Notes under the pieces: model-generated
What the model saw: only the letters and a program-made list of their open reading frames with translations
Told to the model about the DNA's origin: nothing
Database searches by the model: none
In this document: positions 63,852 to 64,000 of the stretch, piece by piece
Position numbering within the stretch: position 1 is the stretch's first letter
Layout: the number at the start of each line of letters is the position of its first letter
Origin: an uncultured Gemmatimonadota bacterium
GTDB lineage: Bacteria; Blakebacterota; Blakebacteria; Blakebacterales; Blakebacteraceae
Length of the DNA stretch: 64,000 nt
NCBI GenBank assembly: GCA_964576115.1
Contig: CAZNUA010000001.1
Coordinates: 62,001-126,000, forward strand
Direction of reading: 5' to 3'
Translations under genes and position numbers: made by a program

Positions 63852-64000
63852 GACTGCATCCCTTCCTGTTCGTCGCCTCTCTCCGGTTCATGCGTTTCCC
63901 GCGTCCGGACCCCGACAGTATCACCTCCGGCCCCGGCAGGGAAAGGGCGGCTCAACGGTTCGGATCCGCAGGTCGGTGCAACCCGGCAGGCGCGAGAATC

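Overview
High-GC bacterial chromosomal region that looks like an assembled scaffold, with one 100-N gap at 32397-32496. It encodes many secreted and lipoprotein hydrolases, three beta-propeller lipoproteins and a PadR/ADOP permease pair. It also holds a complete hypABFCDE [NiFe]-hydrogenase maturation operon (5.4-11.3 kb) and a separate hdrA'-mvhDGA-hdrA''-wHTH-qmoC-like-protease operon (32.6-40.9 kb) with no hdrB. Other genes are metF with a stand-alone pterin-binding methyltransferase domain, an exported MsrB-MsrA fusion, copA-csoR, tkt-rpiB, ispG and acnA. Six signals are not explained by the ORF track. (1) A classical leader-peptide transcription attenuator with Met control codons upstream of the methyltransferase-metF operon. 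(2) A hidden, probably exported thioredoxin-fold selenoprotein (in-frame TGA in a UxxC motif plus a SECIS-like hairpin). (3) A Qmo-like, membrane-anchored Mvh/HdrA hydrogenase architecture. (4) An unannotated ~250-nt structured minus-strand RNA with its own terminator, a boxA-like motif and an anti-SD loop. (5) A very AT-rich oriC-like island. (6) A zincin plus LECT2-like M23 lipoprotein interrupted by one in-frame TAA. All calls come from reading the sequence; no database searches or folding programs were run.
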